Positions 1 to 12,097 of a stretch of DNA of 64,000 nucleotides are shown piece by piece; position 1 is the first letter of the stretch; each line of letters opens with the position of its first letter. The DNA is from Pocillopora damicornis. Lineage: Eukaryota. The position numbers and the translations under genes are program-made. The notes beneath the pieces were generated by a model. The model saw only the letters and a program-made list of their open reading frames with translations. It was not told where the DNA came from and ran no database searches. The stretch spans positions 1 to 64,000 of the forward strand of contig NW_020847220.1 in assembly GCF_003704095.1 (NCBI RefSeq). The letters are read 5' to 3'.

Positions 1-629
1 CAATCTCATCACTAAGTAACCCGCTGTTATCTTGTTTAAGTATTAGCGAGTTTAAAAATGATTTATCTCGGCACTATGAGGTATGCCGTCTGAACGGCAG
101 ATGCATAAAATGAAATCTAATCTCACTCTCTGCTTCAAAAAACCAAGCCTGGAGAATTCTTTGCAATAAATCTCTTGCTCACGGCTTGGGAAAATATATT
201 ATTTTTAGCGTTCATAATATTGGAAGCAGAGGGAGAGACTAATGGCCAATTTTTGCGGCAAGCGTCATGCTAAAACCAGGTCTTTGTTATCAGTGTAGCT
301 ATTGGAAAACATCAGATAGTGAAATACGTGTTACTCCGTTGGGGACAAAGAAAGTGTATGGTCAAATAAAATCCAACGCAAATAAAATCATATCTCTCAA
401 CACTTTTAGCGATGTTGAATTGCAGTATTTACGGTCGTTTTTGAAAAATATTTCGGGGAATTAAATTCCATAGCTTCTGTCGATTAAATCAATCTGCAAA
501 AAACAGAAAAAGTTCATGACACGCGACTAATGCTTTCTTTGATTGTTTTTTTGTTGTAACTTAACTCGTCATTCAGTTCTGCAGCTGGTTTGTTATCATT
601 CTCTCTCACGGGTAAAACTGTCACAATCT

Positions 630-1664
630 TTACACTGAGACTTTCTCACCAACTCCAGCGGGTGAAGTTATGTTTATCAGTTTCATGGCTTGGCGCCCAG
701 AGTCAACGTCTTCAGTGCAGCAGCAAATTCCATCCATTGCCTTTCTGTAGTTTGCGCTCTGTGCAGCGTACAACAGCGGATTTATGAAAGAATTGAAAAA
801 TATTAATAACCGGACAATTCTATGAGCGAGAAACAATTGTACGAAATCTTGCTTAATTTGAACGTCTGTGATCGCAGTAACATACATAAAGAAGCACGCA
901 AACGGCAAACAGAGCGCGCAAAAAGCCGCTGCTAAAGAGACAAGAAGCTTTAAAAGTCTTTTCATACTGTTCTTTTCAGCTTCGTCTATCGCTGGGTCTG
1001 ACAAATCCCACTTGAGCACTTTAAGAATCGAGAGATAGCAAAATGAAATCAAAATGGAGGGAAATACGATCATGACGAGACAGTGAGCAATAATGTAGGC
1101 CTTAACAGTCGACTCGTGTTCCAGTGTCCATGGACGAGTGCATGGATACCTCGAGCTGGGATCCTTCTTGTACATTGTCCACAAACTGTCGGGGAAACTC
1201 AAGATGAATGACAGTACCCAAATCACGACTATGACCAACTTCGTGTTCTTAGACGAAATGTTCCAACTGCTACTTTTAAAAGGTTTGACAATTGCTACAT
1301 ATCGCTCCACGGCAATAACGCATAGAGTCAACACGGACGCGTCGAATGTGATGCAAACGACGGCATTTCCAGTAAAAAGTTTGCAGACGATGTCACCCAG
1401 TGTGGAGTTTATCCTCAAAGAGTTTAAAGCAAAGTCATAGATACCAGGACAAAGAAGTAATGTTAATAGATCGGCCACAGCTAAATTTAGCAGAAGATAA
1501 TTTGTTGTCGTGCGCATCGAAGGCGTTTTGCGAACGATAGCGATCACCACGCCATTTCCTACCACGCCGAAAAACACCATGAACGAGTATAACGTGGCAA
1601 AAACGATGTCTTGTGAAGTTGTTTTTGAAGGTCCATGGGATCTATTTGAATAACTTTCATCCAT
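630..1664 (-). CDS. Class A (rhodopsin-like) GPCR, peptide-receptor-like, uninterrupted CDS (~344 aa)
   Basis: Seven hydrophobic segments; GNxxV in TM1, NLAVADL in TM2, ERY at the end of TM3, ECL2 Cys (YPCTRPW), CLP in TM6, NPLLY in TM7. First ATG is at 1664 (MDESYSNR, N-glycosylation sequon NRS); the ORF track starts at a GTG. Confidence 0.93.
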   Translation of the reverse strand: MDESYSNRSHGPSKTTSQDIVFATLYSFMVFFGVVGNGVVIAIVRKTPSMRTTTNYLLLNLAVADLLTLLLCPGIYDFALNSLRINSTLGDIVCKLFTGNAVVCITFDASVLTLCVIAVERYVAIVKPFKSSSWNISSKNTKLVIVVIWVLSFILSFPDSLWTMYKKDPSSRYPCTRPWTLEHESTVKAYIIAHCLVMIVFPSILISFCYLSILKVLKWDLSDPAIDEAEKNSMKRLLKLLVSLAAAFCALCLPFACFFMYVTAITDVQIKQDFVQLFLAHRIVRLLIFFNSFINPLLYAAQSANYRKAMDGICCCTEDVDSGRQAMKLINITSPAGVGEKVSV

Positions 1665-2547
1665 CGTAAAAGAGACTGAAAAAGATCGGAAAATCACAAA
1701 CCGCGTTCTTTGATGATCCACTGAGACTACACACCCCGAAGAATCACTTAAAACTACGAGAAAAAGCGGTCATTTGAAGAAAATTTCTTCGCCCCCTGTT
1801 CCGTCCTAGCGATGAATGAATAAACAGTTTTGAGCGAAGTCCTAAAGGACTAAAATGTTAATAGATGGCCGCAGTCGATGAGCCGGTGATTTCCATGACA
1901 GGTGTCCATAAAAACAATTAAGTAGCAAGGCAACATTAAAAATCAATAGTTACGCTTTTGTTCGGTGTTTTTTTATCCTGATGAGAGTTCGTGCGGCCGA
2001 ACGCCCCGTGGAAAAAACTCGAGAGCATGAATATTTCCATTGTTTGTATTACAAAATGAATCCCCTGATTAATTACAAGGCAATGAGCCAAAATCGTAGT
2101 CGTCGAAACCATCATTGTCAACCCAACAATTATTTTTTTGAGAGAGAAAGGAGTGTGAAAAGTCCATTAAAAAGTCAATTGGCCCTTTTTCATTCTTCCG
2201 ACATCTTAGAACAAATTTCCGCCAAATAATCTGAAAAGTAATCAAAAACTACAGGAAAGTATATTATCGAACTATTCAACGATTGCACTCTTCAGGGTGG
2301 CATTATTTAGTGCCACTGATAACACATGCGGACCTTGAGCCTTTGAGGTCCACTTTCAGGTATTTGAACAGCTTTTTGCCAGACAGAAAGGTGTTAAAGA
2401 AACGTCGCTTAAAATAAGCATTTTCTTTCTGTAGCGGACCACCGGAAAACAAATTAGATAAATCCCTCAATTCCTGGTGAACATAGTTTGCCTTTTACTG
2501 AGTTAATTGGTTATGGAATTACAAACTCAAATGTTTTCTGTGCCAAA

Positions 2548-2565
2548 CTACTTTAAAGAAATAAA

Positions 2566-2610
<45 letters not shown>

Positions 2611-2736
2611 TATAGCAGGTAATTTAGTGTTAACAACTGGGTTTAAAACGTAAATTAGCCACCGTAAAGGGTAAAAAAGCTGACGTTTCGAGCGTTAGCC
2701 CTTCGTCAGAGCGATCTGATCTACTTTAAAGAAATA
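2548..2736 (-). mobile_element. Penelope-like (PLE)-derived short element with minimal type I hammerhead ribozyme motif
   Basis: Minus strand ~2712-2679 reads GCT-CTGACGA-AGGGCTAACGCTC-GAAAC-GTC-AGC (CUGANGA/GAAA core, GUC triplet). Flanked by a 16-bp direct repeat CTACTTTAAAGAAATA (2548-2563, 2721-2736). Confidence 0.8.
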
Positions 2737-3343
2737 CAAATTATGTAAGTTTACTCGCACCTTTTGAATGCAAATTAGAAGGGTAACACGGTTGACTGGT
2801 AAGATAGATTCGTAAATTCGTGGAATATATTTTAGCAGTTTTTGCATTTAATTCTGGATAACCTTGAGTTCTAATCTTAACCAAAGAATGCGGTACTGTG
2901 ATTCTCTTTTCTTCCAAAAGATTAGAGGCCCCAATTTTTTCCTATAGTGCTATCACTTATCTATCTTGGATTTTGCAAAATGAATATGAAGATAAAATGA
3001 TAGATCTTCTTTTTGATTACCAATGCGCGAAAATATCGCTATAACCTTCGTTAAATTGTTATTCCTGTCAGTATTTTGTTTCCTTAATGCGTTATCGACC
3101 CGCTTCATCTAGATCCACAGGGAAGTAGTTTCGAAATTTCGATGCGCATTGTATTGTAGTTTTATTTGAAGTTTTAAAATGAACGAAATGAAGCTGCTTT
3201 CTCTCGATGACGTCTTCAAGATTCCAGTGCACGCTTTAATCCACATAAATTCGCCCAAACTCAAGTAAAAAGAAAAGAAATCTTGGAAGAATATTTTTAA
3301 AACGTCTTTACTTGGCCTTTTTTTACATTCAATCCTGACCCAG

Positions 3344-3550
3344 TTAACCCTTTACACCCTTTACACATCAGTATGTATATTCTCCATACTGTTCTTTATA
3401 CATTTCCTATGGTGCTGACAAGGAGAATTAGCCAAACGATTCAGAGCTTCTGTAGTTGTTGATCATTTCCATTTTTGTCATGGCCTTAGTTTGTGATTCA
3501 GAGGTGATATTGTAAGAAGAAATTAGATGCCAGACACTTTTGGGGGTTAA
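3344..3550. mobile_element. piggyBac-like MITE (TTAA-CCC...GGG-TTAA); diverged copies near 22795-22995, 25000-25201, 46390-46575
   Basis: TTAACCC and GGGTTAA ends; shared internal words (attctccatactgttct, gagaatttg, gatcatttcc, gaagaaatt) across the copies. Confidence 0.65.
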
Positions 3551-4942
3551 GCCAGCGTTTGTACGACGCTAACGCGTTATTGAGGCACAGCGTGTATTAA
3601 AAGAGTTGTGCAAATTTTTGTCATTTTCTTCAGGTTCATCTTTTTACTACGTATCATCCGAGACCCACAGGTGGTTGGTCAAAACGGCACAATTTTTCCC
3701 GCTGGTCCAGGTCCCATCCTGTCAGATTGACTTCTAGGTTGGCCAGAGAAACTTCCTTAAGAGAAGCCTTTACGAGTAGGATTCCTCTAATATTTTATTA
3801 TTTTCTCTCGAAGGGTCCACGTAAAGTCGTCAGCATTAACAAATTTCGTTAATGATCAGTCTTGCAGCTATAAAAACAAAATTTCAGCTCCATGACAAAG
3901 GGAGTCTGTCAAGGAATATTTTCCACCCTCATTGAAAGGTAAAAATTTTTTTAAGGAGGAAGCTTCTGGTATAGAAGATTTCGGATAATCTGATTTTCTT
4001 TGACTGAAAAATTCAGCCTCAGTCAAAAATCACTGTAGAGATTTAAAAGCACATTCTCGGGTCCGAGTTGTTTATAATTACGTAGGCTTCAACATATTCA
4101 GACTGTGAGTAAAGAACTTTGCCAATGCGAGCCCTTGTGTGCACGCATGCATGCATCTACCAGTTTACTCAAAATTTCTCGTGGAGGAACTTAAGGCTGG
4201 TTCAGTCACTCGTACGACGCAAATGTAAACGACGTTCCCACGTCGAACGCAAAAGCAAGGAAGGTAAAAAACACAGATGCAGTGGAAGTATTATTGCAAG
4301 ATGACGGGCGAGACTGTGACCTTTGTCACAGTCTGCATTTCATACTTTTCCCTTACAGACCGCTGAAGAGACGAAAAAATTGTCTCCAGAAGTCGAAGAG
4401 TAGCGCTAAGAGCGTGTGCGTTAGGCCAATCTTTCGATGAAGAGAACGTCAAGTAAATTTTCTTAGTTCGTGAGTCACAACTTAGCAACTGAGAGTTTTA
4501 CTTTGGCAAAGCAAGCACGCTTCAGCTCTTATAGGCATCATATTCAACTATGTAAGTCAACCTAACACATATGTCTTGCTGTATTATTATTAATGTGATT
4601 TGTTCGTAAGCAACGCACTGCTAACATTTATTTTCGCATACTGCCTCTGATTCGTCATAATTCGACGCAGCCATGGTGACGTGTGATTTCAACTCTTGGC
4701 TAATTTACTTACTCTACTGTAAATTGAGGTGCGAAGCAGCCGGTGTGCCACTTCAGTAATTCATTAAGGTGTCGTTTTCTTTTTAAATTTAGAGACATAA
4801 AACTTCAAAAAGAGAGAAAACAATCGTAAAAAAAAAAAACAATCGGACAACAGTCCAAAAATTCGACTTGTGATCTCAACACGATTATTTTTGAAGGCAG
4901 TGCCGTGGCGCACGAAAACCCATAACTTGAAAGGCAAAAGAA

Positions 4943-6043
4943 ATGGAAAGCAACATCACAAAAGAACATTCTCATCATCATCCGGCGGAGGCTTCCACCA
5001 CAACTCAGGACGTTATTTTTGCAGTGTTGTACTCAATTATTGCCGTTCTGGGTGTAATCGGTAACGCTATGGTAATTACCATAGTGCGAAAAACGCCATC
5101 AATGCACACAACGACCAACTACCTCCTCCTGAACTTAGCCGTGGCCGATTTATTGACATTGCTCCTCTGTCCTGGTTCGTACGATTTCGCTCTGGCGCAC
5201 GTTGACTTAGAAGGATTCATTGGGGATTTCATCTGCAAACTGTTTGCGGGAAATGCAATTGTTCCGATCACTATCAACGTCGCCGTTCTTACGGTTTGTA
5301 CGATCGCAGTTGAAAGGTATCTAGCGCTTCTCAAACCTTTCCGCTCTAATCTAAGGATAGACAAAGATAAAGTGAAATATGTGATAACAGTGCTGTGGTT
5401 GTTTGCCTTAATCTCGTGCATACCAGATATTCAAGCCAATACGTACGACATCTCGTCCACCAAATATCCTTGCACGCGTCCCTGGAGTCTAGATAGTTAT
5501 TTCCTTCACAAACCTTTTATCATATTTACTTGTGTTGGGTTTGGAATCATAAGCTCCTTGACACTCTTCTTCTGTTATTTTTCAATCCTCCGTGGAATAT
5601 ATTTCACAAAAACAGTTTTCTCGGAATCAACGGTAACGGAGGCTGAACGACAAGCAAAGAAACAACTCGCTCGCCTTCTTATCTGGTTGACATTTGTATT
5701 CGCTACCTGCTCTCTACCATTTGCAGTTTACTTCATGTTTCTTAGCTTCGTTAATGTCAAAACTATAAAGGAAAAGTACGACATATTGTATTTATTTCAC
5801 AGAATTTCCAGGTTTTTACTTTTCTCGAATTCGTTTTTAAATCCTTTATTGTATGCTCTACAAAGCTCAAATTTTCGAGATGGATTCAAATTAATTTTTA
5901 GTTTAAAACTCCTCCGCTGTAAGCTTTTAGCAAATAGGAGAAAGTCGGCAAAAAGCTCTAGCTCGACAGGCGTTGTCTTGAGTAAAGAAACAATTTTATT
6001 TAGGAATAAACCGGTGATTAAGACAGATGGTACAAAATGTTAA
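4943..6043 (+). CDS. Class A GPCR, paralog of the 630-1664 gene (366 aa)
   Basis: 7TM; GNAMV, NLAVADL, ERY, YPCTRPW, NPLLY. TM1-TM3 closely resemble those of the left GPCR. Possible 5'UTR intron 4552-4792. Confidence 0.95.
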   Translation: MESNITKEHSHHHPAEASTTTQDVIFAVLYSIIAVLGVIGNAMVITIVRKTPSMHTTTNYLLLNLAVADLLTLLLCPGSYDFALAHVDLEGFIGDFICKLFAGNAIVPITINVAVLTVCTIAVERYLALLKPFRSNLRIDKDKVKYVITVLWLFALISCIPDIQANTYDISSTKYPCTRPWSLDSYFLHKPFIIFTCVGFGIISSLTLFFCYFSILRGIYFTKTVFSESTVTEAERQAKKQLARLLIWLTFVFATCSLPFAVYFMFLSFVNVKTIKEKYDILYLFHRISRFLLFSNSFLNPLLYALQSSNFRDGFKLIFSLKLLRCKLLANRRKSAKSSSSTGVVLSKETILFRNKPVIKTDGTKC

Positions 6044-8038
6044 AATTGCTGTGTTCATTTGCGGTAAAACCGAGTCTCAAAAGATTTACAGCTTATTTGA
6101 AAACTGCGGAGGCCGGTAACAAGTAAAATAAATAAAAATGACAATTTTCGCGCGCTGTACAAATAGTTTTAAATTAAATTTTACCCAAGTTATTACTAAA
6201 CCTATGAAATATCAAGTAATTTGTATATCATTGACGACAACACTTCGTTACAGCTGAACTTTGAGGTAACTAAAATGAAGGGGTTTTAAAAAACCGCTCA
6301 TCACAACCACATCACATCATTTCCTAATTTATTCCAAGGTGACTTCTTGACAATTCAAACACGAAAAGCTGGTTCTTCAATCCGGCTTTGAAGGTAAAGA
6401 TGTTTCCAAACTGGGCGAGCTGACAAAGAAAAATTCATGTTTTCTTTCGTACATAATAGAAATGCAACGCTAGGTTGACCAAGAACCACGTAATCAAGTT
6501 TACCATTAGAGTATAATAAAATTTATGTTGCTGTCGTTATTTGTGTGGCCATCTGCAACGTCAATCGGTACGTTCTGAAAGGCGCAAAATAACATATTAT
6601 ATGTATGGATGGATTTTGGCCATGGAAGGCATTTCCAGAGAGATTCACAAACGGACAAAAAAGTTTTTGAAAAGTAGTAACTACGGAGAGAAATCGTTTA
6701 ACTGGGCCCGAAGGGGCAAATATGATACAAGTTATGTTTACCCTACGATTCCTTTAGTAGAAGATATTGGTATTAAAAACAGCCAATGTATTAGCTGGCG
6801 AAACTATGGTTTTCCTCTTGATTGGCATTAGCTACTTTTCCCTATTGATGGTTCACGTAAAAACGCCCTTCAATTTGTTTTTATGCCCATAACTTCAATA
6901 GGCTTGATGACATCCTTTTTTTTACTTAAAAATGATGGGAGAATCAGAACTACTCTAAATCTCGCGAAAATTGATTTAGAAGGAGATCTGAAGCCTCTAA
7001 TACAGCGTTCTTGGTATAGAAATAATGACAATATAATAAGAACTGATGGCAACATAATTTTTTCTAGAATGTGGTATTTATTCGTGAAAACAGCTGGAAT
7101 TACTACATTGGGCTTAGATCGTTTGCCTTCCTAATAGCAAACTAATTTGCCAAATAAAGCAAACAAAACATATTTAAGAACGCAATACATTCTGTCGCGA
7201 GTGAGAGAGGAGGAAAAACGTTTGAGTGCTTGATGAAGAACTGAGCCCTAAACCTATGAACTGCGCACTCCCACGTCCTGTCATTAAGCGATAGAGATCT
7301 CAGAGGTGTATTAAGGCCACTTGTTTAGTTCATATGTATAACAAGCGTCCTTCATATTTTTTGAAGGAAGAAATGATCAAGCTAAGAAACCTATTCCTCA
7401 TGTAAGCCTTATTCTTTGGGTAGTCTCAGTGAAGCTATTTCCGAATTCGCCGGTAGATCAGTAGATGGCCAATCTTGTTCCGCGAATTTTTTTCAGGGGG
7501 ATAACCCAAGGGACTTCTGCTCATTTTTTTTACAAAAACTTCGCCATGCACGAGGTATATGTATTACTATTAAAGAGATTAAGCCAGATGTTTAAAGTAA
7601 AAATTTAAATTTGTTGCCGTTGGAATAAAAGCCATGTTTAAACCTACTTCATGTATCATCAAGAGACTGGTTTGGGAAGAAGCTTCTTATGGGAGATGTT
7701 CAGAACCTTTTTAGATTCTCCTTTGTTTTTTTCTTTCGTCGTAAACTGTACTCAAAAAACTAAATTCGGGTGGCCAAAACGTTTATAGGACACAGACCCC
7801 AAACTGAAAAAAGAAAATGTTCTGACGGTGCTAATGCCACTAACTAAACTGTCCGTCATTTTTAGTTTGATTTTAATTAAAAATGTTACTTCTCATACAA
7901 AACATTTTAGACTATTAGTTCACCACGAAGCGTTAATTTGCAACGATTAAGTATACAATTTTAAAGTAATTGCTTAAGTGAGGTTGAATCCCTGAAGGTT
8001 TTGTAAGCACGCGATGAGAGAGTTTCAGCTTTTGTATA

Positions 8039-9081
8039 TCAGACAGGTAGAAATGGATTTCTGTTACTTCCGAGGCTGACCATGCTTTCTCTCCAAAGGC
8101 GATTGTAATCTTCGGAAATACTTTCTTGGCTTTTGTTTTCGATATTTATTTCTTTGAGTCCAGCAGGGAAGGTCGTAGTTATTCGACATGATGAAGTCTT
8201 AAGAGAAGAAAGAAGGAACGATATACGTCACGGTTGAAAGTTTAACTCCCCAAAGTGATAATGTGACTTGAAACTAATTTGTGCTTTCAATATCAATACA
8301 CTATTATGCAAAAGGATGATAAGAAAAAGAAGAACATACCAGCCATGAGATATCATTTGATCTTTTAATTGACAAAGTAAGAAATGTGTGGTAGACATGC
8401 AGTAGAGAGAATTACTGTTGCGATCTCGGGAGCGAAAAGGTGAAAAAGTATGTGCTAAACAAAAATGCAAATACGACATTTGGTAAGCGGCTTATTTCTA
8501 CATCGATCATCGATCGTCGATTTTTTTAGTTTTTTTCCCAAACAAAAATCACTCACAACTTATTTTTCACTGGTAAAGATTAAAATTTGTACAAACTGCT
8601 CCGAAGCCGTTTTTTGTTGCCAAGTCCTTTTTGCACAAATTTATCATGTCCCTTCATTCATATCACTAGGTTAGAAAAATACGCAATCACCAAGATAGAG
8701 CCACCATAAAAAAAGTATAGTATTTGATACATTCTTCCCTCTAAGCAGGTTATGCACTATCTGCCGCATCAGCAAAAAAAAAAAAAAAATACAAAAACAA
8801 AAACAGACTCATCGAAGAAGCAAACAATGGTCGATTAAAGGGGATTCTAGTCAATAAAAATTTCTTATGGGTACCTTTTTGTTTTCCTCTCGATTTTCCT
8901 CCTGAGTGGGTTTTCTGTCGTAAAAAGGATCAAATGCTTTAAAATCGAGCGCCTTGGACAATGAACTACAGCCATAAATTACCACGAAAACAGCAACAGC
9001 CAAAAATCCCGCGAGCAAGCTTGTTGCTTCAAAAGCGCTTTTGTACTGAAGTTCAAAGGTGATGGTAACAGAACAGGACAT
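8039..9081 (-). CDS. Small single-pass membrane protein, paralog A (2 exons: 9081-8875, 8197-8039; 121 aa)
   Basis: ATG at 9081; hydrophobic stretch LLAGFLAVAVFVVIYG; phase-0 donor AAG|GTACC; acceptor ttctttcttctcttaag; exon 2 TSSCRITTTFPAGLKEINIENKSQESISEDYNRL...NPFLPV*. Both exons align with paralog B. Confidence 0.7.
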
Positions 9082-9264
9082 ATTTTTTCTCAGTTCTACG
9101 GCTGGCGAGTGAAACTGAATTCTTTTCTTGAGTTTTATTAACTAAGTTTCCAACTTAAGTCTTTCATTCAAATGTATGCTTCTCTTTTTCAGAATTAGGA
9201 TTCTGACAAAAAATACTGTTCTTATTTGGCTTTATCAGTCAATTTCCTAAACTATCTTCAATAT

Positions 9265-9303
9265 GATTGGCTGATTTGAAGACATCTGCGAGTTGGTTGT
9301 TTG
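9265..9303 (-). promoter_or_regulatory. Conserved CCAAT-containing upstream block of paralog A
   Basis: GATTGGCTGATTTGAAGACA (20 bp) is identical to 13661-13680 and lies the same distance (184 bp) upstream of the ATG. Confidence 0.6.
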
Positions 9304-12097
9304 ACCTGAGAATAAAATCGCGTGTTTTATGAGCGAAATACGGTCAAAAGTAACTAAAACAATAATCAATGAATTTTCCACTTAACTAGGAAAAAAAGCG
9401 GTGTAAGAAATGAAAGTTATTCGAATGGAACTCGACACGATACAAGACTTCTCTCATTTCAAGCTCTTTTCCGTTTCAAAAGCACCACCAACGCAAACTT
9501 GAATCAACACTCCACGCGCTATTACGGACTATTTTTAGTACACAAAGGTGTATTTTTAGGAAAATGTTTCTAAATTTAGAGCCAGTTTCTGAAAACCCTT
9601 ACCGTGCATTTTTTAGCGCCTTCTCTTTATTTATCCAAGTTATAACCTAATTGGCTGGGGAATTTTCAGTATTCAAAAAATGTAAATAATCTCGATTATT
9701 TCGGGAAGACATCTTATAAAATCGATATCGTGTTTTCTACTTTGGAAGGCGATGGGACAGTTGGAGACAATTTCCTGTATTTACAAAGATCAATAATGGG
9801 GATAATACAAAATGTTAAATTTGCCATAAATTGATCACTAATATCAACTTTTTACAAAGGCGAAATCGCTTGGAGCGATAATATTCTGTACAGCTCAAAA
9901 ATAAAACATCAAACGAAAAGATGAAAATCAAACATTTGCATAAACCAGTCAGGAGAGCAGACCTAACATATATGACATGATTTGCTTAATTGTGCAACTA
10001 AGCTTTTAATCTTTTCTGTTAAAGCCTGCTCCCATTTTTACTCCAATGTAGTAAAATAAATTATCATGTCAAACTATCATTTGCTGCTCAAAAATTTTGT
10101 AAAAAAACATCAGTGTTTACAAACAGAAGTTTGTTCTTCCATGCGACCTTGGCTTTGTCAAAAGCGATTAAAAATGCTCTGTTCATGTTGATAGCTTTCA
10201 GAGACGTGACGTTGCGTAGAAACACGGGTAAACAGTTAGTTGGCCGCAGGGGACTGGGGAAGACAGATGCGATAAGGCCTTTCTTACGAATATAGTTTTT
10301 ATTTCTCGCAAACGACTGCCAGCGGAGGTTTTACCGCAAATTGGAGTGGATCAATTTCTCTCGTATTTTGCCTACTATTTTTTCTTAAATTCTACGTCGA
10401 ACAAGAAAAGAGGAAACATTTATTCACAGAAAGATCGATCGTTTAACATCACACAATTCGTTGAAACAGCGATAGTCAATTTTTGTGAGTTGCCGTTCAT
10501 TTAAACCGCATCGGGTTTTTTCTAAAACATCAACGTCTCGGTAATTTCATCGTTATCCTGAAATAATTGCTTAGGGTTATTAGTTTAAGAGCTAGATATG
10601 CTGGATATGTCAAGAGAGACTAATACTTTGTAGTCGATCGTTATCTGAAAGTTTGGCCAAACTAAACCCATGCACCTAATACATGATCAGCTTGTTCAGC
10701 TTTGGTAAAAAATTATTATTTCATGAACTTGACGTTCCATATGGTTCATGCGTGTTGCATGTTTTCGACTGTACAATTGATGTACGGTAGAAAGAGTGGT
10801 ATCCAGCCGCAAGAAACGGAATGTATAGATGAATAATAATCTGTTGACAGATCACGAGAGCTGTGGTAAAAAAAGGAAAAATAAAGTCCTCGCACAGGTA
10901 GAGTATCGTACGTTTGCACATTTTCCTTCAAGGCTGGCTATAAGCCAATAATCAATTCAACAGTGTCTTTATTGCACATCTGATCGGTCGGTTGCGAGAA
11001 TAAAAAAGTACAATTTTGGATTTCTTTTCAGCATAATAATTACAGGGTTCATAACTTCTTAATTAAACGGCATACGTGTTATAGTTATTTCCGTTTCCAC
11101 AGCGGTAAGCTTGGTATTCCTCTACTATTGTAACAAATTTGAAATTTACGAGACATGTGGTAACAATTTTATACTTTCTATTTGCTGTTCGGTAAATTTA
11201 AAGATGCAAACATCGGCTAAATATCATCTAAATTACTCACGGACATCTGTCTCGAAAAGAATTTATGAAATTCTAAGCCTGGTGCCTCGACGGTAAATGG
11301 AAAAAAAAGAAGAATATTAATTTTTGGCTTCCACTTAATTTGTTATTACTTTCTGTGTGATTATTTTGAGATGTGATGCAACGTTAAAAAGCGTCATACC
11401 GTGTTCTCAAAGGCTATCGACATCGAAAACAATGACAATCAACAACTTTTTTACGAAGCATGTTCGCGGCAGGAGAGTATCACCCACTCACAAGATAATG
11501 CGACTCAGTTTGCCTCTAAAGATAGGAAAGTGCGATGACATTCTTTGGGCCATTTAACAAGATCGTAAGATAAAATTAAACCACAAATCGCACTTTCGTT
11601 TCATTTTCTCTCGATAGTATCGCTGCGTAATTGAATTTGGGTCCTGATTCTTAAACACCACAGGAGTTTCAACTGACGTGAATACTTTTTCTGATACTTC
11701 TCCACCACGTCGTGTTCATGTGGATTATCTTACCCAAACAAACCAAACGTCGGAAACTATAGATTATAAAATCTGACTACTATGCCTTCGATTCTTAAGT
11801 TATAAGGCCAATCTAGTGATTGAAACTGACTACCATGCCTTCGAGTCTAAAGTTAAAAGACTAATCTAAAAATTGAATCAGTATTCGACTATGGTTTCCA
11901 GGATGCATCAGCAATAGAGAGGATTTACTGTTTGATAAAGTCCCCTCGACCTAATCGAGGAACAATAGTAAATCTTCTGTCGGATCAAATCTTACATCAA
12001 ATATTTTACAAATCTTTGATTAGTTTACAAGAAAGTTACTCTCACTTAGCTTAAGAAATCTAAAGAGTTCTGAATATCTGAAGTTTTTCACATGTTA

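Noticed and set aside
1138-5421. Antisense ORFs 1138-1440 and 5119-5421 that resemble each other
   Set aside because: Shadow frames of the two paralogous GPCR coding sequences.
10721-10931. Two overlapping short minus-strand ORFs as a further small gene
   Set aside because: No similarity to paralogs A/B and no splice or motif support.
11772-11880. ~53-bp tandem duplication
   Set aside because: Two degenerate units only; ordinary local duplication.
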